Source: Nitrosarchaeum sp. | Lineage (GTDB): Archaea; Thermoproteota; Nitrososphaeria; Nitrososphaerales; Nitrosopumilaceae | DNA length: 64,000 nucleotides | Assembly: GCA_965223865.1 (NCBI GenBank) | Contig: OZ245020.1 | Location: 480,001-544,000, forward strand | Direction of reading: 5' to 3' | Shown: piece by piece, positions 8,979 to 18,601 of the stretch | Position numbering within the stretch: position 1 is the stretch's first letter | How the letters are laid out: each line of letters opens with the position of its first letter | Notes under the pieces: generated by a model | Databases searched by the model: none | Seen by the model: the letters and a program-made list of their open reading frames with translations, nothing else | What the model was told of the DNA's origin: nothing | Made by a program: the position numbers and the translations under genes

Positions 8979-10076
8979 CTAACTCAGATTGTCTTCAAAA
9001 AATTTCAATGTCTTTTGCCATGCATCTTTTGACTCTTCAGGTGCATATCTATCTCCCGATGGATTTGCAAATGCATGATTCACTCCAGGATATATGGTAA
9101 TGTCATTTTGAATCCCAACTTCATCTAGCGATGATTTGAACTCGTTTACTGTTTCTGGCGGAATTCCAGAATCAAGTTCTGCAAATATTCTCAATAACGG
9201 CCAGTCGATCTTGGATAACTCTTCAGTATCTGTTACCAGTTGTCCATAATAGATCACAGTTGCATCCATGTTTTCGTTATTTAATGCTAAGTTCAGTGAT
9301 TGTGCTCCTCCAAAGCACCAACCAATAGAACCCAAACTTGATGGGGTGTGTTGTTCTTCCAGGTAGGATACTGCAGCATTCATGTTATTTGTCCACTGGG
9401 ACTGCTCAAATGAGCTGCGTAACTGTCTTGCTTCGTCAGCAGTTGTTCCTACTTGTCCTTCATACAGATCAACTGCAAACACGGCATATCCGTGCGATGC
9501 AAGTTTTTCAGCCATCTGCTTTATGTTGTCATTTAGACCCCACCACTCGTGGATCATTATTATTCCAGGATATTGTCCATCTGTTGCAGGTTTTGCCAAA
9601 TATCCATTAGAATTTCCAAAGTATGAAACATTTGTCGTCTCTACATCCAGTTCTCCTGTTTCAAATATCACAGAATTGTTATTATCATTTTTTTCATAGT
9701 CAGGTAGTATGTGTATTGCCCATCCTCTCTCGATGAGTTTTTCAACAGATGATGGTTTGACACATGCAGGTTGCCCATTTGAGATCTTCATTACTAATTC
9801 CAAGCCTTCAGTACATGTTACTTTAGAAGGATCCGTACCCTCCTGAATCTGTTTTAATGGTGGAGTAAAATAAGCAAAGCCGTATGAAAAATCAAGGGTT
9901 TGTGATGATAAGGTCAATAATGATGTTGAAATTACAAATACGACAAGAAGCGGAATTCCCACAATTCGTATTCTTTTTTGCAATATTTTACCTTTAAGTA
10001 GAAAACAACTGGAATTTTTTTTATCTGGTGTTTTTATTTGATTCAAGGATGATACTGTTACATTTAGTGTAGACAA
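8979..10076 (-). CDS. Secreted dienelactone hydrolase family protein with an N-terminal Nitrosopumilus-type PLKQ...PACV...RGW module (true start probably downstream)
   Basis: HEWWGLN, GWCFGG nucleophile, HAFANPSG; signal/TM segment. Confidence 0.9.
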   Translation of the reverse strand: MSTLNVTVSSLNQIKTPDKKNSSCFLLKGKILQKRIRIVGIPLLVVFVISTSLLTLSSQTLDFSYGFAYFTPPLKQIQEGTDPSKVTCTEGLELVMKISNGQPACVKPSSVEKLIERGWAIHILPDYEKNDNNNSVIFETGELDVETTNVSYFGNSNGYLAKPATDGQYPGIIMIHEWWGLNDNIKQMAEKLASHGYAVFAVDLYEGQVGTTADEARQLRSSFEQSQWTNNMNAAVSYLEEQHTPSSLGSIGWCFGGAQSLNLALNNENMDATVIYYGQLVTDTEELSKIDWPLLRIFAELDSGIPPETVNEFKSSLDEVGIQNDITIYPGVNHAFANPSGDRYAPEESKDAWQKTLKFFEDNLS

Positions 10077-10165
10077 ATCAAAAGTGATTCAAAATTAGAA
10101 ATTAAATAAAAAAATTAGAAAGTTTGAATTTCTTCAAACATATTTTCCAATTCGAGGACTCATTA

Positions 10166-10684
10166 TTATTTCATCATTGAATGATGCTTACAATACTGAA
10201 ATCCTTCCTTGTCAAATCTTTCTTTCATTTCAGCAATTTTGACATCTAGTTCTGCAAGAGATATTCCTTCACTTGTATGAAGAATTTCTCCATTTCCTGC
10301 ATCAACGATTACTCTATACAGATGATCATCTGCATATGATGCTACGCCATAATGATACATCAGATATCCTTGTGTAGGAATTATTCCTCCTAGAATCACT
10401 TTTCCTTCTTCAATGGACTCTGCAGCTATTGTTCCTGCTTCTAATGCATCAATCTTTACAGATTCAATGTTTTCTCTAATGGATTCACCAACAGCTATTG
10501 TTCCTTCAATTTCTGGAATATTGTGCATCATCATCTTTCCATAAAATCCATGGTCCATACCAGGTGGTCCAAAGAATCCGGGTTGAGCTTGTGCAATTGG
10601 ATGTACTCCAAATGAAGCTACAACTGCGATTGCCAACACTACAATCCCTGCAGGCATTCCAATTTTGTATATTTTTGATTTCAT
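10166..10684 (-). CDS. Secreted PepSY-like domain protein with a His/Met-rich segment
   Basis: Signal peptide from MKSKIY; GYLMY...VIVDAGNGEIL PepSY-like motif. Confidence 0.75.
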   Translation of the reverse strand: MKSKIYKIGMPAGIVVLAIAVVASFGVHPIAQAQPGFFGPPGMDHGFYGKMMMHNIPEIEGTIAVGESIRENIESVKIDALEAGTIAAESIEEGKVILGGIIPTQGYLMYHYGVASYADDHLYRVIVDAGNGEILHTSEGISLAELDVKIAEMKERFDKEGFQYCKHHSMMK

Positions 10685-10728
10685 ATACTGTAATACATTT
10701 GGTAAACTTAAGGCATTGTTCAACCAAG

Positions 10729-10749
10729 TTACTTAACGTCGTTAAGTAA
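10729..10749. promoter_or_regulatory. Perfect palindrome TTACTTAACG-T-CGTTAAGTAA, candidate operator
   Basis: 10-bp arms with a 1-nt spacer, between the divergent PepSY-like gene and the wHTH gene. Confidence 0.6.
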
Positions 10750-10848
10750 TACTTTATTTTCTAAAATAGAAATTACAATAGTGAGTGAAAAGTATACGTC
10801 GGAGATATGGGTAAATGCCAATAAAACTAAGCTTCAAGGAGTAGTAGA

Positions 10849-11169
10849 TTGGTCAAGGAACCAAGAGATAGAACATACATTAGAAAAGACATCATGTTTA
10901 TGTTATCAGAACATGGGGAATTGAACAAAACAAGACTATTGAGCTACTGTGGATTGAACATGGCAAAACATCAAGAAATATTAGATGACATGATAAAAAA
11001 AGAGTTAATCAGCGAATCAAAAGAACCCTGGGGAAACAAAACCATTACAAAATACAAAATGACTGAAAAAGGAAGACGATTTTGGAATGCAATTCTAGAA
11101 CCATATGAGAAAATGTTTCCAAGAGATGAAAAATTACAAATCAAAGAAGAAGATAAGGAGAAAGACTAG
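10849..11169 (+). CDS. Winged-helix transcriptional regulator
   Basis: LNKTRLLSYCGLN HTH and YKMTEKGR wing. Confidence 0.85.
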   Translation: MVKEPRDRTYIRKDIMFMLSEHGELNKTRLLSYCGLNMAKHQEILDDMIKKELISESKEPWGNKTITKYKMTEKGRRFWNAILEPYEKMFPRDEKLQIKEEDKEKD

Positions 11170-11171
11170 AC

Positions 11172-11588
11172 TTGTCAAAACCAAACAAAAAAGACAATCA
11201 CAAAGAGGGTGAAAAACCAGAAGGCGCATTTGAGATAATGGATGGGCTTATGTCCCAACTAAACTCCACAAAAAAGATGTTCTTGGCCCTGATTCTTACA
11301 ATTATTGTATTACCTGCAATTGCAATGCTGATTGTGGTTGCCACGTTTGATCCTCCTTTTGATGATTTTGAAATAAGAGAATCTTATAGAGGACCGTTTG
11401 GTCCAGGAGGAGGACCTCCCTTTTTGCCAGGCTTGATAATCTTTGTTGCGACATTAGTGTGGCTTGGAATAGCAGTAAGGAAGTGGTTTGTCATATCAAA
11501 ATGGAGCAAAAAATACAAGCAATTCAAACAAAGACAGGAACAACTAGAACGACAATTCGAAGAAGAGGATGGCAGCAACCAGAGATAA
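11172..11588 (+). CDS. Two-TM membrane protein coupled to the wHTH gene
   Basis: Two TM helices, Gly/Pro loop, coiled tail; 2 nt after the wHTH stop. Confidence 0.75.
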   Translation: MSKPNKKDNHKEGEKPEGAFEIMDGLMSQLNSTKKMFLALILTIIVLPAIAMLIVVATFDPPFDDFEIRESYRGPFGPGGGPPFLPGLIIFVATLVWLGIAVRKWFVISKWSKKYKQFKQRQEQLERQFEEEDGSNQR

Positions 11589-11699
11589 AACTTTCTTTAA
11601 TTGTGGTGGTTTAGAATTTACAACATAATTCCATATATTTTACTTGAAAATCTAGGCTTGATAGATTTTTAATTAATTGACTTGGATGGTTTGGTATCT

Positions 11700-12281
11700 A
11701 TGATTATTGTTATTGAAGGTGGAGATCAGGCAGGCAAGCTTACTCAATCTAAACTCCTAGCACAAGCATTAAAAAAAAGAAAGATCAAGACTGCACTGTT
11801 TCATTTTCCAGACTATATGACACCAGTAGGTAAAGAAATCAGAAAGTATCTTGATGGCAAGAGAAAATTTCCTCCACAAGTAATTCATTGCCTTTTGGCT
11901 GCAAATAGGTGGGAAAAGTTAAATGAAATTGTAGAGGCCCAGTCAAAAAATTCTGTTGTAATTATGAATCGATACTATCAATCAAATCTTGTGTATGGTC
12001 TTGCAAATGGAATGAAGCTAAAATGGCTTGAAAATCTAGATGCTGGACTTCCAAAGGCCGACCTTGTAATCGTGCTTGATGTCACACAAAAAGAATCATT
12101 TCAGAGACAAAAAACTAACAGAGACAAGTTTGAAAAAGACATTGATTTTTCTCAAAAAATTTCCAATCTATATAAAATCACTGCAAAGAAAAAACGGTGG
12201 AGAATTATTGATGCATCAAAACCAAAAAAAGAAATTCACAAAGAGATTCTAAAAATTTTCTCAAAAAAAATCGGCTTATGA
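11700..12281 (+). CDS. tmk: Thymidylate kinase
   Basis: IEGGDQAGKLTQ P-loop, NRYYQS, PKADLVIVLDV. Confidence 0.95.
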   Translation: MIIVIEGGDQAGKLTQSKLLAQALKKRKIKTALFHFPDYMTPVGKEIRKYLDGKRKFPPQVIHCLLAANRWEKLNEIVEAQSKNSVVIMNRYYQSNLVYGLANGMKLKWLENLDAGLPKADLVIVLDVTQKESFQRQKTNRDKFEKDIDFSQKISNLYKITAKKKRWRIIDASKPKKEIHKEILKIFSKKIGL

Positions 12282-13513
12282 AAAAAAACTATCTAGACAT
12301 TATTGATCCAATTCATGACTTTATCCGAGTATATGATAATGAACTGCAATTAATTGATAGTCCAATTTTTCAAAGACTAAGACGAATCAGACAGCTTTCA
12401 GGAGCTCATCTAACTTATCCTGCAGCTCAGCATACCCGATTTGAGCACTCACTAGGTGTAATGCATATCTCTGACCAAGCAGGTCATGCACTAAATGAAA
12501 AAGGAATTCTCAAAACAGAAGACATTGAAATTCTAAGACTGGCAGGTTTACTTCATGATATAGGTCATGGTCCATTTTCACATCTTTTTGAGGAAATTAT
12601 TTCAAAAAAAAAAATATCACATGAAGATTTTGGCAAGCAAATAATTTTAAAATCTGAAATAGGAGATATCTTAACTAAATCAGGTCATGATAAAAAATTA
12701 GTAACAAAGATTGCCTTTGGTGATTCAAAGTTACAGTTCATGAATGAGATTGTTTCTGGTGCACTTTCTGCTGATATGATGGATTATCTACTAAGAGATG
12801 GCTACTTTACAGGAGCAGAGCACGCAAAGATAGATCACAAAAGACTAACGCAATCCCTAGAAGTATACAGAAAAAAACTAGCACTTGAGCGCTCAGCACT
12901 GTACTCTTTTGAATCAATGATGCACTCTAGATACCAGATGTTCAAGGCAGTCTATTTTCACAAGACTGTAAGGGCAGCTGAAGTTATGCTCTTAGAAGCA
13001 TTACGACTATCTGATGATGAGTTTGGATTTACCTCATTTGATATAGATGAGTATGTACAACTCACAGACGAATATGTCTTATCAAGATTAATCTCATCTA
13101 CATCCTCAAAACTAAAACGAGCAAGACAATTTGCCATAGACTACCAAAACAGAAAATTGCTAAAATGCGTATATGAGAGAATTTTGACTAGTCCAAGTAA
13201 TTTAGGAAAAATCAAAACTTATGAGCTAAGAGATTCCATCTCAAAAAAATCTAAGATAAGCGAAGATGAGATTTTTGTTGATAGCTCTGTAACTCCATCT
13301 ATTCCACTTGCACCATCAAAAAAAGAATCAAAACAAATTATTCTCATTACTCATGAAAAGGGAAAATTATTTGCCCAAGAGATGCCTATTTCTAAAATCC
13401 CTGTGGTTTCAGCAATTTCTGGATTTATGAATATTCTAAGAATCTATACGCACCAAAAGAATCGAAACAAAGTTGAAATTGCCGCAAAATCAATACTTGA
13501 TGATTTAAAGTAA
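12278..13513 (+). CDS. HD-domain phosphohydrolase (dNTP triphosphohydrolase/SAMHD1-like)
   Basis: [45 protein letters not shown]. Confidence 0.93.
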   Translation: MKKNYLDIIDPIHDFIRVYDNELQLIDSPIFQRLRRIRQLSGAHLTYPAAQHTRFEHSLGVMHISDQAGHALNEKGILKTEDIEILRLAGLLHDIGHGPFSHLFEEIISKKKISHEDFGKQIILKSEIGDILTKSGHDKKLVTKIAFGDSKLQFMNEIVSGALSADMMDYLLRDGYFTGAEHAKIDHKRLTQSLEVYRKKLALERSALYSFESMMHSRYQMFKAVYFHKTVRAAEVMLLEALRLSDDEFGFTSFDIDEYVQLTDEYVLSRLISSTSSKLKRARQFAIDYQNRKLLKCVYERILTSPSNLGKIKTYELRDSISKKSKISEDEIFVDSSVTPSIPLAPSKKESKQIILITHEKGKLFAQEMPISKIPVVSAISGFMNILRIYTHQKNRNKVEIAAKSILDDLK

Positions 13514-14196
13514 TGAAGAAAAGAATTGTAATCAAACTTTCAGGAAGAGTTTTTGGCATTGATAATGTCAAAATTCTAAAAGACTATGCGTCATTCTTGG
13601 TCAAAATTAGCAAGGTCTGCCAACCAATAGTAATAGCAGGTGGAGGAAACATCGCAAGACACTACATTTCACACGCAAGATCTTCAGGAGCAGATGAATC
13701 AACCTTAGATGAGCTTGGAATTGAAATCTCAAGACTAAATGCAAAGCTATTGATTTACGCTCTAAAGAACAAGGCTTATTCACATCCCCCCACCACACTA
13801 CAAGAAGTAAGACATGCAGTAGATGATGGGTTGATTGTAGTAACTGGAGGTTTGCATCCTGGACAAAGTACTAATGGAACAGCTGCTCTAATTGCCGAAA
13901 AAATTGATGCTGAACAATTCCTTAATGCAACTGATGTTGATGGAGTTTATGATATGGATCCAAACAAGTTCAAAAAAGCCAAAAAGTTTAATCGAATAGA
14001 ACTCAAAAATCTAAAGAATATGCTAGTACACGAGGACTCAGTTGCAGGTGGATATGACTTGATGGATATTGTAGCCCTTAAAATCATAGAGCGCTCAAAG
14101 ATAAAGACTAGAATTCTAAAAGCAGATCCCAAAATTATTGAAAAAGCAATAAAAGGCGTTGACGTGGGAACAGAGATTGCTCTTCCTTCTAAATAA
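13513..14196 (+). CDS. pyrH: Uridylate kinase
   Basis: [31 protein letters not shown]. Confidence 0.95.
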   Translation: MKKRIVIKLSGRVFGIDNVKILKDYASFLVKISKVCQPIVIAGGGNIARHYISHARSSGADESTLDELGIEISRLNAKLLIYALKNKAYSHPPTTLQEVRHAVDDGLIVVTGGLHPGQSTNGTAALIAEKIDAEQFLNATDVDGVYDMDPNKFKKAKKFNRIELKNLKNMLVHEDSVAGGYDLMDIVALKIIERSKIKTRILKADPKIIEKAIKGVDVGTEIALPSK

Positions 14197-14553
14197 TTAA
14201 TCAGAAATTTCGTTTTGTATAGTTGGACGCGTCTCAGACCAAATTTGGATTTGGGTGCCAGGATATTCAGGAATCTCAGAATCTTTTAGTTTCTTGTAAA
14301 TCTTAATTGCTTCTTCTTTTTCAACTGCTTTTGATTGTGCTTTTGTAAATCCATCATTGTCTACAAGAATGGCAACATATCCATCAGGTGAATTAATTAC
14401 AGCAACAAGATCTTCTTCTCCTACTGGAACAAATTGCCCATCAACCTTCTTTGTAGTCAATGTAAGCATTCCAAATCCTGCAGCATCAAACATTTTCATT
14501 TGTGATTTGCTTGCTCTTTGTTTTCCTTTCTGTACTGCTTGAAAGTACTGCAT
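14197..14553 (-). CDS. Conserved hypothetical protein
   Basis: Clean ORF with host-like codon usage; no motif recognised. Confidence 0.7.
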   Translation of the reverse strand: MQYFQAVQKGKQRASKSQMKMFDAAGFGMLTLTTKKVDGQFVPVGEEDLVAVINSPDGYVAILVDNDGFTKAQSKAVEKEEAIKIYKKLKDSEIPEYPGTQIQIWSETRPTIQNEISD

Positions 14554-14593
14554 ATTTTTTTCCTATTTTTATGATATAATAACTATCTTTGTC

Positions 14594-14944
14594 TTAATCC
14601 ATTGGTTTTGCCTTACCGATCTCAGTTGATTCGTCTTGTTTTTGAAAAATTCTGTATTCACCAATAACTGAATTGCATTTCTGACATATGTATTGGCCCC
14701 TTTCAATTAGATTCAAGTTTTCTGCTACCTCTTCATTTGGATTCTCTTCTATCTGAATTTTAGGAGGATTGCCAAATTCTTCCTCACAGTTTTTGCAAAA
14801 ATGTTTTAACATTTTCCCTTCTTCAATCTTTCCAAGTGGAGCCAAAAATAATTTCCCAACTCCCAAGTCTGCCTTCTTGGTCTGTTCTTCAGTCAAATCT
14901 GCAATGATGTAACCGCCAGAGCCATGTACTGTTTGTTCAGCCAT
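14594..14944 (-). CDS. Zinc-ribbon hypothetical protein
   Basis: CKNC...CQKC pairs. Confidence 0.75.
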   Translation of the reverse strand: MAEQTVHGSGGYIIADLTEEQTKKADLGVGKLFLAPLGKIEEGKMLKHFCKNCEEEFGNPPKIQIEENPNEEVAENLNLIERGQYICQKCNSVIGEYRIFQKQDESTEIGKAKPMD

Positions 14945-15051
14945 TTTAAATTGATGATTATTTAGACCTTAAAATACTATGTTGTTACTATTTAGAATCC
15001 CTTTTACTTTGTACCTTAACATTTAAGATATCAAAAAGGTGATCAGATACA

Positions 15052-15600
15052 GTGAATCCAAAGATCTTTGTTATTGCTGCAATTGCTGGATTGGTTATTG
15101 TTATTGGGGGAATCTTTCTTTCTGGTTCTACTCTTGAAAACCTTACATCACCACAACCTGAAAGAGTACCTGTAACAATTGAACCGATTGGAATTGAGCT
15201 GGATGATATTTCAGTACTGAACATTTCTGAGAGAGCTGCAACAATCGAGATCAAATTCAAACTCACAAATCCAAATCCAACTTCTGTAATTGTTCAAACA
15301 ATGGATTATCAACTTTTTGAGAGTAATTTTTCAGAGGATAGACCAATTACTGGTGGTCAAATTGGTAGCAGACCAGAAGGAATGGTAGAATTTGGTTCAA
15401 ACTACTATACTTTGCTTAGTGGAGCTGAGATGCTTCTAAAAGAGAAAGTAGAATTGAAAAATAACGGAAATATTCCAGAATTATGGTCTGCCATTGAAGA
15501 TAATACTGCAAAATGGAGAGTCACTGGAGATGTTTTCTTTAATTTAAGTTCCATGACAAGTGGTCAAGAAAACGAAATCCATTTTGAATTTACAAGATAA
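15052..15600 (+). CDS. Membrane-anchored LEA_2/WHy-like domain protein
   Basis: N-terminal TM helix; FKLTNPNP...MDYQL pattern. Confidence 0.7.
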   Translation: MNPKIFVIAAIAGLVIVIGGIFLSGSTLENLTSPQPERVPVTIEPIGIELDDISVLNISERAATIEIKFKLTNPNPTSVIVQTMDYQLFESNFSEDRPITGGQIGSRPEGMVEFGSNYYTLLSGAEMLLKEKVELKNNGNIPELWSAIEDNTAKWRVTGDVFFNLSSMTSGQENEIHFEFTR

Positions 15601-15612
15601 AAGAAATTCTAT

Positions 15613-15648
15613 TATAGTAACATAAAAATTAAAAATTATGTTACTATA
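15613..15648. promoter_or_regulatory. Inverted repeat TATAGTAACATAA-N10-TTATGTTACTATA
   Basis: Perfect 13-bp arms in the intergenic region upstream of a small ORF. Confidence 0.5.
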
Positions 15649-15706
15649 TTTTTAGAGAAAAAATATTAGCAAAATTATAAAAGCCCATAAGGTAGCAATT
15701 GATCAG

Positions 15707-15817
15707 ATGGCAGAAGCAGGAATGGCCGCGTATGGCTCGGCAATCGGAATTGCAATTGCAGTAGCAGTACTATGTTTTGCTCTTCGTGGAAAAGGACACC
15801 CTGAACCAATAGACTAA
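15707..15817 (+). CDS. 36-aa single-TM microprotein (not in the ORF track)
   Basis: MAEAGMAAYGSAIGIAIAVAVLCFALRGKGHPEPID*; TTATAA about 30 nt upstream, T-rich tract downstream. Confidence 0.7.
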   Translation: MAEAGMAAYGSAIGIAIAVAVLCFALRGKGHPEPID

Positions 15818-15857
15818 GCACAGGAAATCTATCCTTTTCAATATTTTTCATAAATTC

Positions 15858-16505
15858 TTAGTTGTCTTTGCGCAGACCTAACATTTCAGCTATCGAAACA
15901 TTCTCTGTGTTTTTCTTTGTGATGTAGCATCTTTGATAATATTGACAATCATTACAATCTTGGGAAGGCTCCAATATCGGAGTCTTTTGCTCCTTTAGAA
16001 GATCATTTAGAACTCTGACTCGCCTGACAACTTGTTCGAACATTTTCTTGTTACGTGTTACTGAAAAGCTCGTTTCTTCTCTATTACCTGAAATGTATAC
16101 TAGTATCCCATCTATTTTATCATAAATCCACATGCAAGCATTTAGGTAAAGTAAATCCCCTGATAATGGTGACTCTGGTGTGCTCTGAGCAGGTCTAAAC
16201 AAAATAATTGAATCATCTACAAGCATGTCTACTTGTCCTCTTAATTTGATATCATCAATTGCAAATTCTTTGGGGTCACTGCCATAATGCAGTTTTCTAA
16301 GCAGTCCTGCTAAAAGATCATTGAATCCTCTTCTATCAACTTGCTCGGGATCTATTCTATCATAGTATGAACGCCTCATACACTGCACTACTTCTTTCAG
16401 GTGGATAGTTTGGATATCTTTTGGTTCAATTTCAATTTCTAACTCTCTTCCAATAGAGTCCATGGCATTTTTTACGATATTTCTATAATCTCTATCTCCC
16501 ATCAT
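15858..16505 (-). CDS. Solo Cas4-like (RecB-fold) Fe-S protein with degenerate nuclease motifs
   Basis: QCMRRSYY and CNDCQYYQRC give 4 Fe-S Cys; GQVD is retained but ExK and QxxxY are absent. Confidence 0.8.
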   Translation of the reverse strand: MMGDRDYRNIVKNAMDSIGRELEIEIEPKDIQTIHLKEVVQCMRRSYYDRIDPEQVDRRGFNDLLAGLLRKLHYGSDPKEFAIDDIKLRGQVDMLVDDSIILFRPAQSTPESPLSGDLLYLNACMWIYDKIDGILVYISGNREETSFSVTRNKKMFEQVVRRVRVLNDLLKEQKTPILEPSQDCNDCQYYQRCYITKKNTENVSIAEMLGLRKDN

Positions 16506-16537
16506 AGTAATTCACCTAACAAATCCATCCTTATAGA

Positions 16538-16774
16538 TTAACTCATGATTTTGGTCAAAAATCTAGAAATTTTATCTGAAAAAGCAAATATGACAAAATG
16601 GACTCCAAATCCTGCAACTGCTCCTATTATGAGATTTCCTGTACCAAAATAAATCCCAAGAAATAGACCTAGTGAGGGCAAGGCAAAAATCATTGCCATC
16701 ATTGTGCTAATCCAAATAGTCTTGATTAAAATCTCCGGAGTAATTTCAGTTTTTTTCCTTGGAAATTTGATCAT
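16538..16774 (-). CDS. Small two-TM membrane protein directly downstream of atpC
   Basis: Two TM helices; start at MIKFP. Confidence 0.7.
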   Translation of the reverse strand: MIKFPRKKTEITPEILIKTIWISTMMAMIFALPSLGLFLGIYFGTGNLIIGAVAGFGVHFVIFAFSDKISRFLTKIMS

Positions 16775-16784
16775 CTTAAAAATA

Positions 16785-17822
16785 CTATTCCTCTTCAAGG
16801 ATTAACTTTGACATTGTAGTCTCTGTTGGTATTTTTTGTTCTATTGCATATGCAATAGCTGCCAAATTTCTGACCTCAAATGCAGTTAACTTTGTAATTC
16901 CAACAATTGTTGCAAAACTGAACATCTTTGTAAATGATCTTAGTGCTGCATGATAAATTGCCATTTCAAAGGCTCGTTCAAATTCAGCAATCGCATCTAA
17001 TTCATTTTCAACTTGAGGAAGCAAATTCTTGTATTTTGTATTAGATAGTTCATTAAATGCATCCCTTACAGATGTTGCTGCCATCATTCGTCCCAAAAGA
17101 TCTCTTGCAGGTGGACTGGTTGGAATTATCAAATCTTGAATTTGTTCTTCTTGTAGTCCCCAAAACTTTCCTCTAATTACACTTAGGATATTGTAAAAAT
17201 CTATATCCATTGCAACTAGTGTAACTGCAGTTTTATCCGAATAGTTTTTCATTGCACCAGCAAGATGTTGATACAAAATTTTATCAAAGTATGTGTCAAA
17301 GATTTGGATATTCTTTTTTTCATTGTATAGTGCTGCTGCTTTTGCGATTTCCTCTCCGAATTGCACAGAGTTCAAACTAGCTACTGCTTCTTCAAGATCC
17401 TTTGCAACAAGTGCTTTAACTACAATGTCTCTTTGTTTTATCAACTCCTCAGCATGAAGATTAAGGTGAGTTTCAATCTCTTCTTGAGATTTACCTAATA
17501 CTTTGCCTTTTAGAATTGATTTCAAATTAGAAATAATGAATTTCATATAATATGCATCTAAAACACCTGAACTACCTGATGTTTTTGCAATGGAAAAATG
17601 CACATCAGCAAGATGACTCCTTAAAGCAGATTCGATTCCTTGTGAAGTGTATGGTTTTTGCACATCAGCTACTGATTCACCATAAATAGTATTTTTGATT
17701 CTTGTCATTAATTCTTCAAGATCTCTTGATTCAGCAAGTGCCTGAAAATCAGCTTTTTTTAGTAATTTGCCTCTCTTGCCATAGGATTTCACCGAAGCAT
17801 AGACGTTTTTAGAACCGGCCAT
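16785..17822 (-). CDS. atpC: A/V-type ATP synthase subunit C
   Basis: RGKLLKK, ISNLKSILKGK, DIDFYNILSVIRGK, FEVRNLAAIAYAIE motifs. Confidence 0.9.
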   Translation of the reverse strand: MAGSKNVYASVKSYGKRGKLLKKADFQALAESRDLEELMTRIKNTIYGESVADVQKPYTSQGIESALRSHLADVHFSIAKTSGSSGVLDAYYMKFIISNLKSILKGKVLGKSQEEIETHLNLHAEELIKQRDIVVKALVAKDLEEAVASLNSVQFGEEIAKAAALYNEKKNIQIFDTYFDKILYQHLAGAMKNYSDKTAVTLVAMDIDFYNILSVIRGKFWGLQEEQIQDLIIPTSPPARDLLGRMMAATSVRDAFNELSNTKYKNLLPQVENELDAIAEFERAFEMAIYHAALRSFTKMFSFATIVGITKLTAFEVRNLAAIAYAIEQKIPTETTMSKLILEEE

Positions 17823-17847
17823 ACTAATACACAATAAGAAATAGATT

Positions 17848-18483
17848 TTAATGTTTAGTGCTTAGCCTTTCTAAAAAGCCTAACAACGTTCCTTGCTCTT
17901 CTTTACTACAAAGCAAAATTGATTCTATCAACTTTAAGTTATATGTTATACTCGTTTCATGTAACACAGATAGGTTCTCAAGAGTTATCGGTACTATTTT
18001 CGCTCTTTTTTTGCAATTTACGTATGCATATCTTTCTAATAATAAAAAGCATAAAGTTGGATTTATGCTAGATAATGCATTTAGATCCTCTCCTAGTTTA
18101 TCATCTGATGTAAATTCTGTAAAATTAAGTTCAATTTTCCCTTTTTCAATACAGTATAAAAGTAATCTTCCTGCCTTGGTCAATTCATAAAATGCAGTTC
18201 CTTCTTTTTGTAATGATTTTGGACCTCTTTTTAGTGGTACTTTTCCTTTTTCTACTATTATGCCTAATGGAATAAGTGTATTTTCAATATCATCGTATAC
18301 TCCAGAATATGTATTCCTCCAAGATTGATTTTTCTCAGCAGTAATTTTTTTTGCAATTTTAACTTTGGTGTATTTATTTAGATTTCCTACGCTAAGAATT
18401 TGTATTATTCTTCGTTGCCTTTTTGCTTTTCCAGTTAATTCGTCTTTTACCTTAAATGTATCAAAAATTGCAAGATTGTTCAT
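17848..18483 (-). CDS. Winged-helix domain protein divergent from amt
   Basis: TKVKIAKKI HTH, LIPLGII, FYELTKAG wing. Confidence 0.7.
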   Translation of the reverse strand: MNNLAIFDTFKVKDELTGKAKRQRRIIQILSVGNLNKYTKVKIAKKITAEKNQSWRNTYSGVYDDIENTLIPLGIIVEKGKVPLKRGPKSLQKEGTAFYELTKAGRLLLYCIEKGKIELNFTEFTSDDKLGEDLNALSSINPTLCFLLLERYAYVNCKKRAKIVPITLENLSVLHETSITYNLKLIESILLCSKEEQGTLLGFLERLSTKH

Positions 18484-18601
18484 TTAATGACGTATGTTGA
18501 TATTTTAATTAACTTTTCGTTAGTTATTCTTTAAAAAATTAGAATTTAGTAACATGATTTTTTTAAAAAAATAAAATATACTTTTAAATTGCAATGAATT
18601 C

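Noticed and set aside
15858-16505. cas4 as evidence of a CRISPR-Cas system or casposon
   Set aside because: No array, cas1, polB or terminal repeats; housekeeping context
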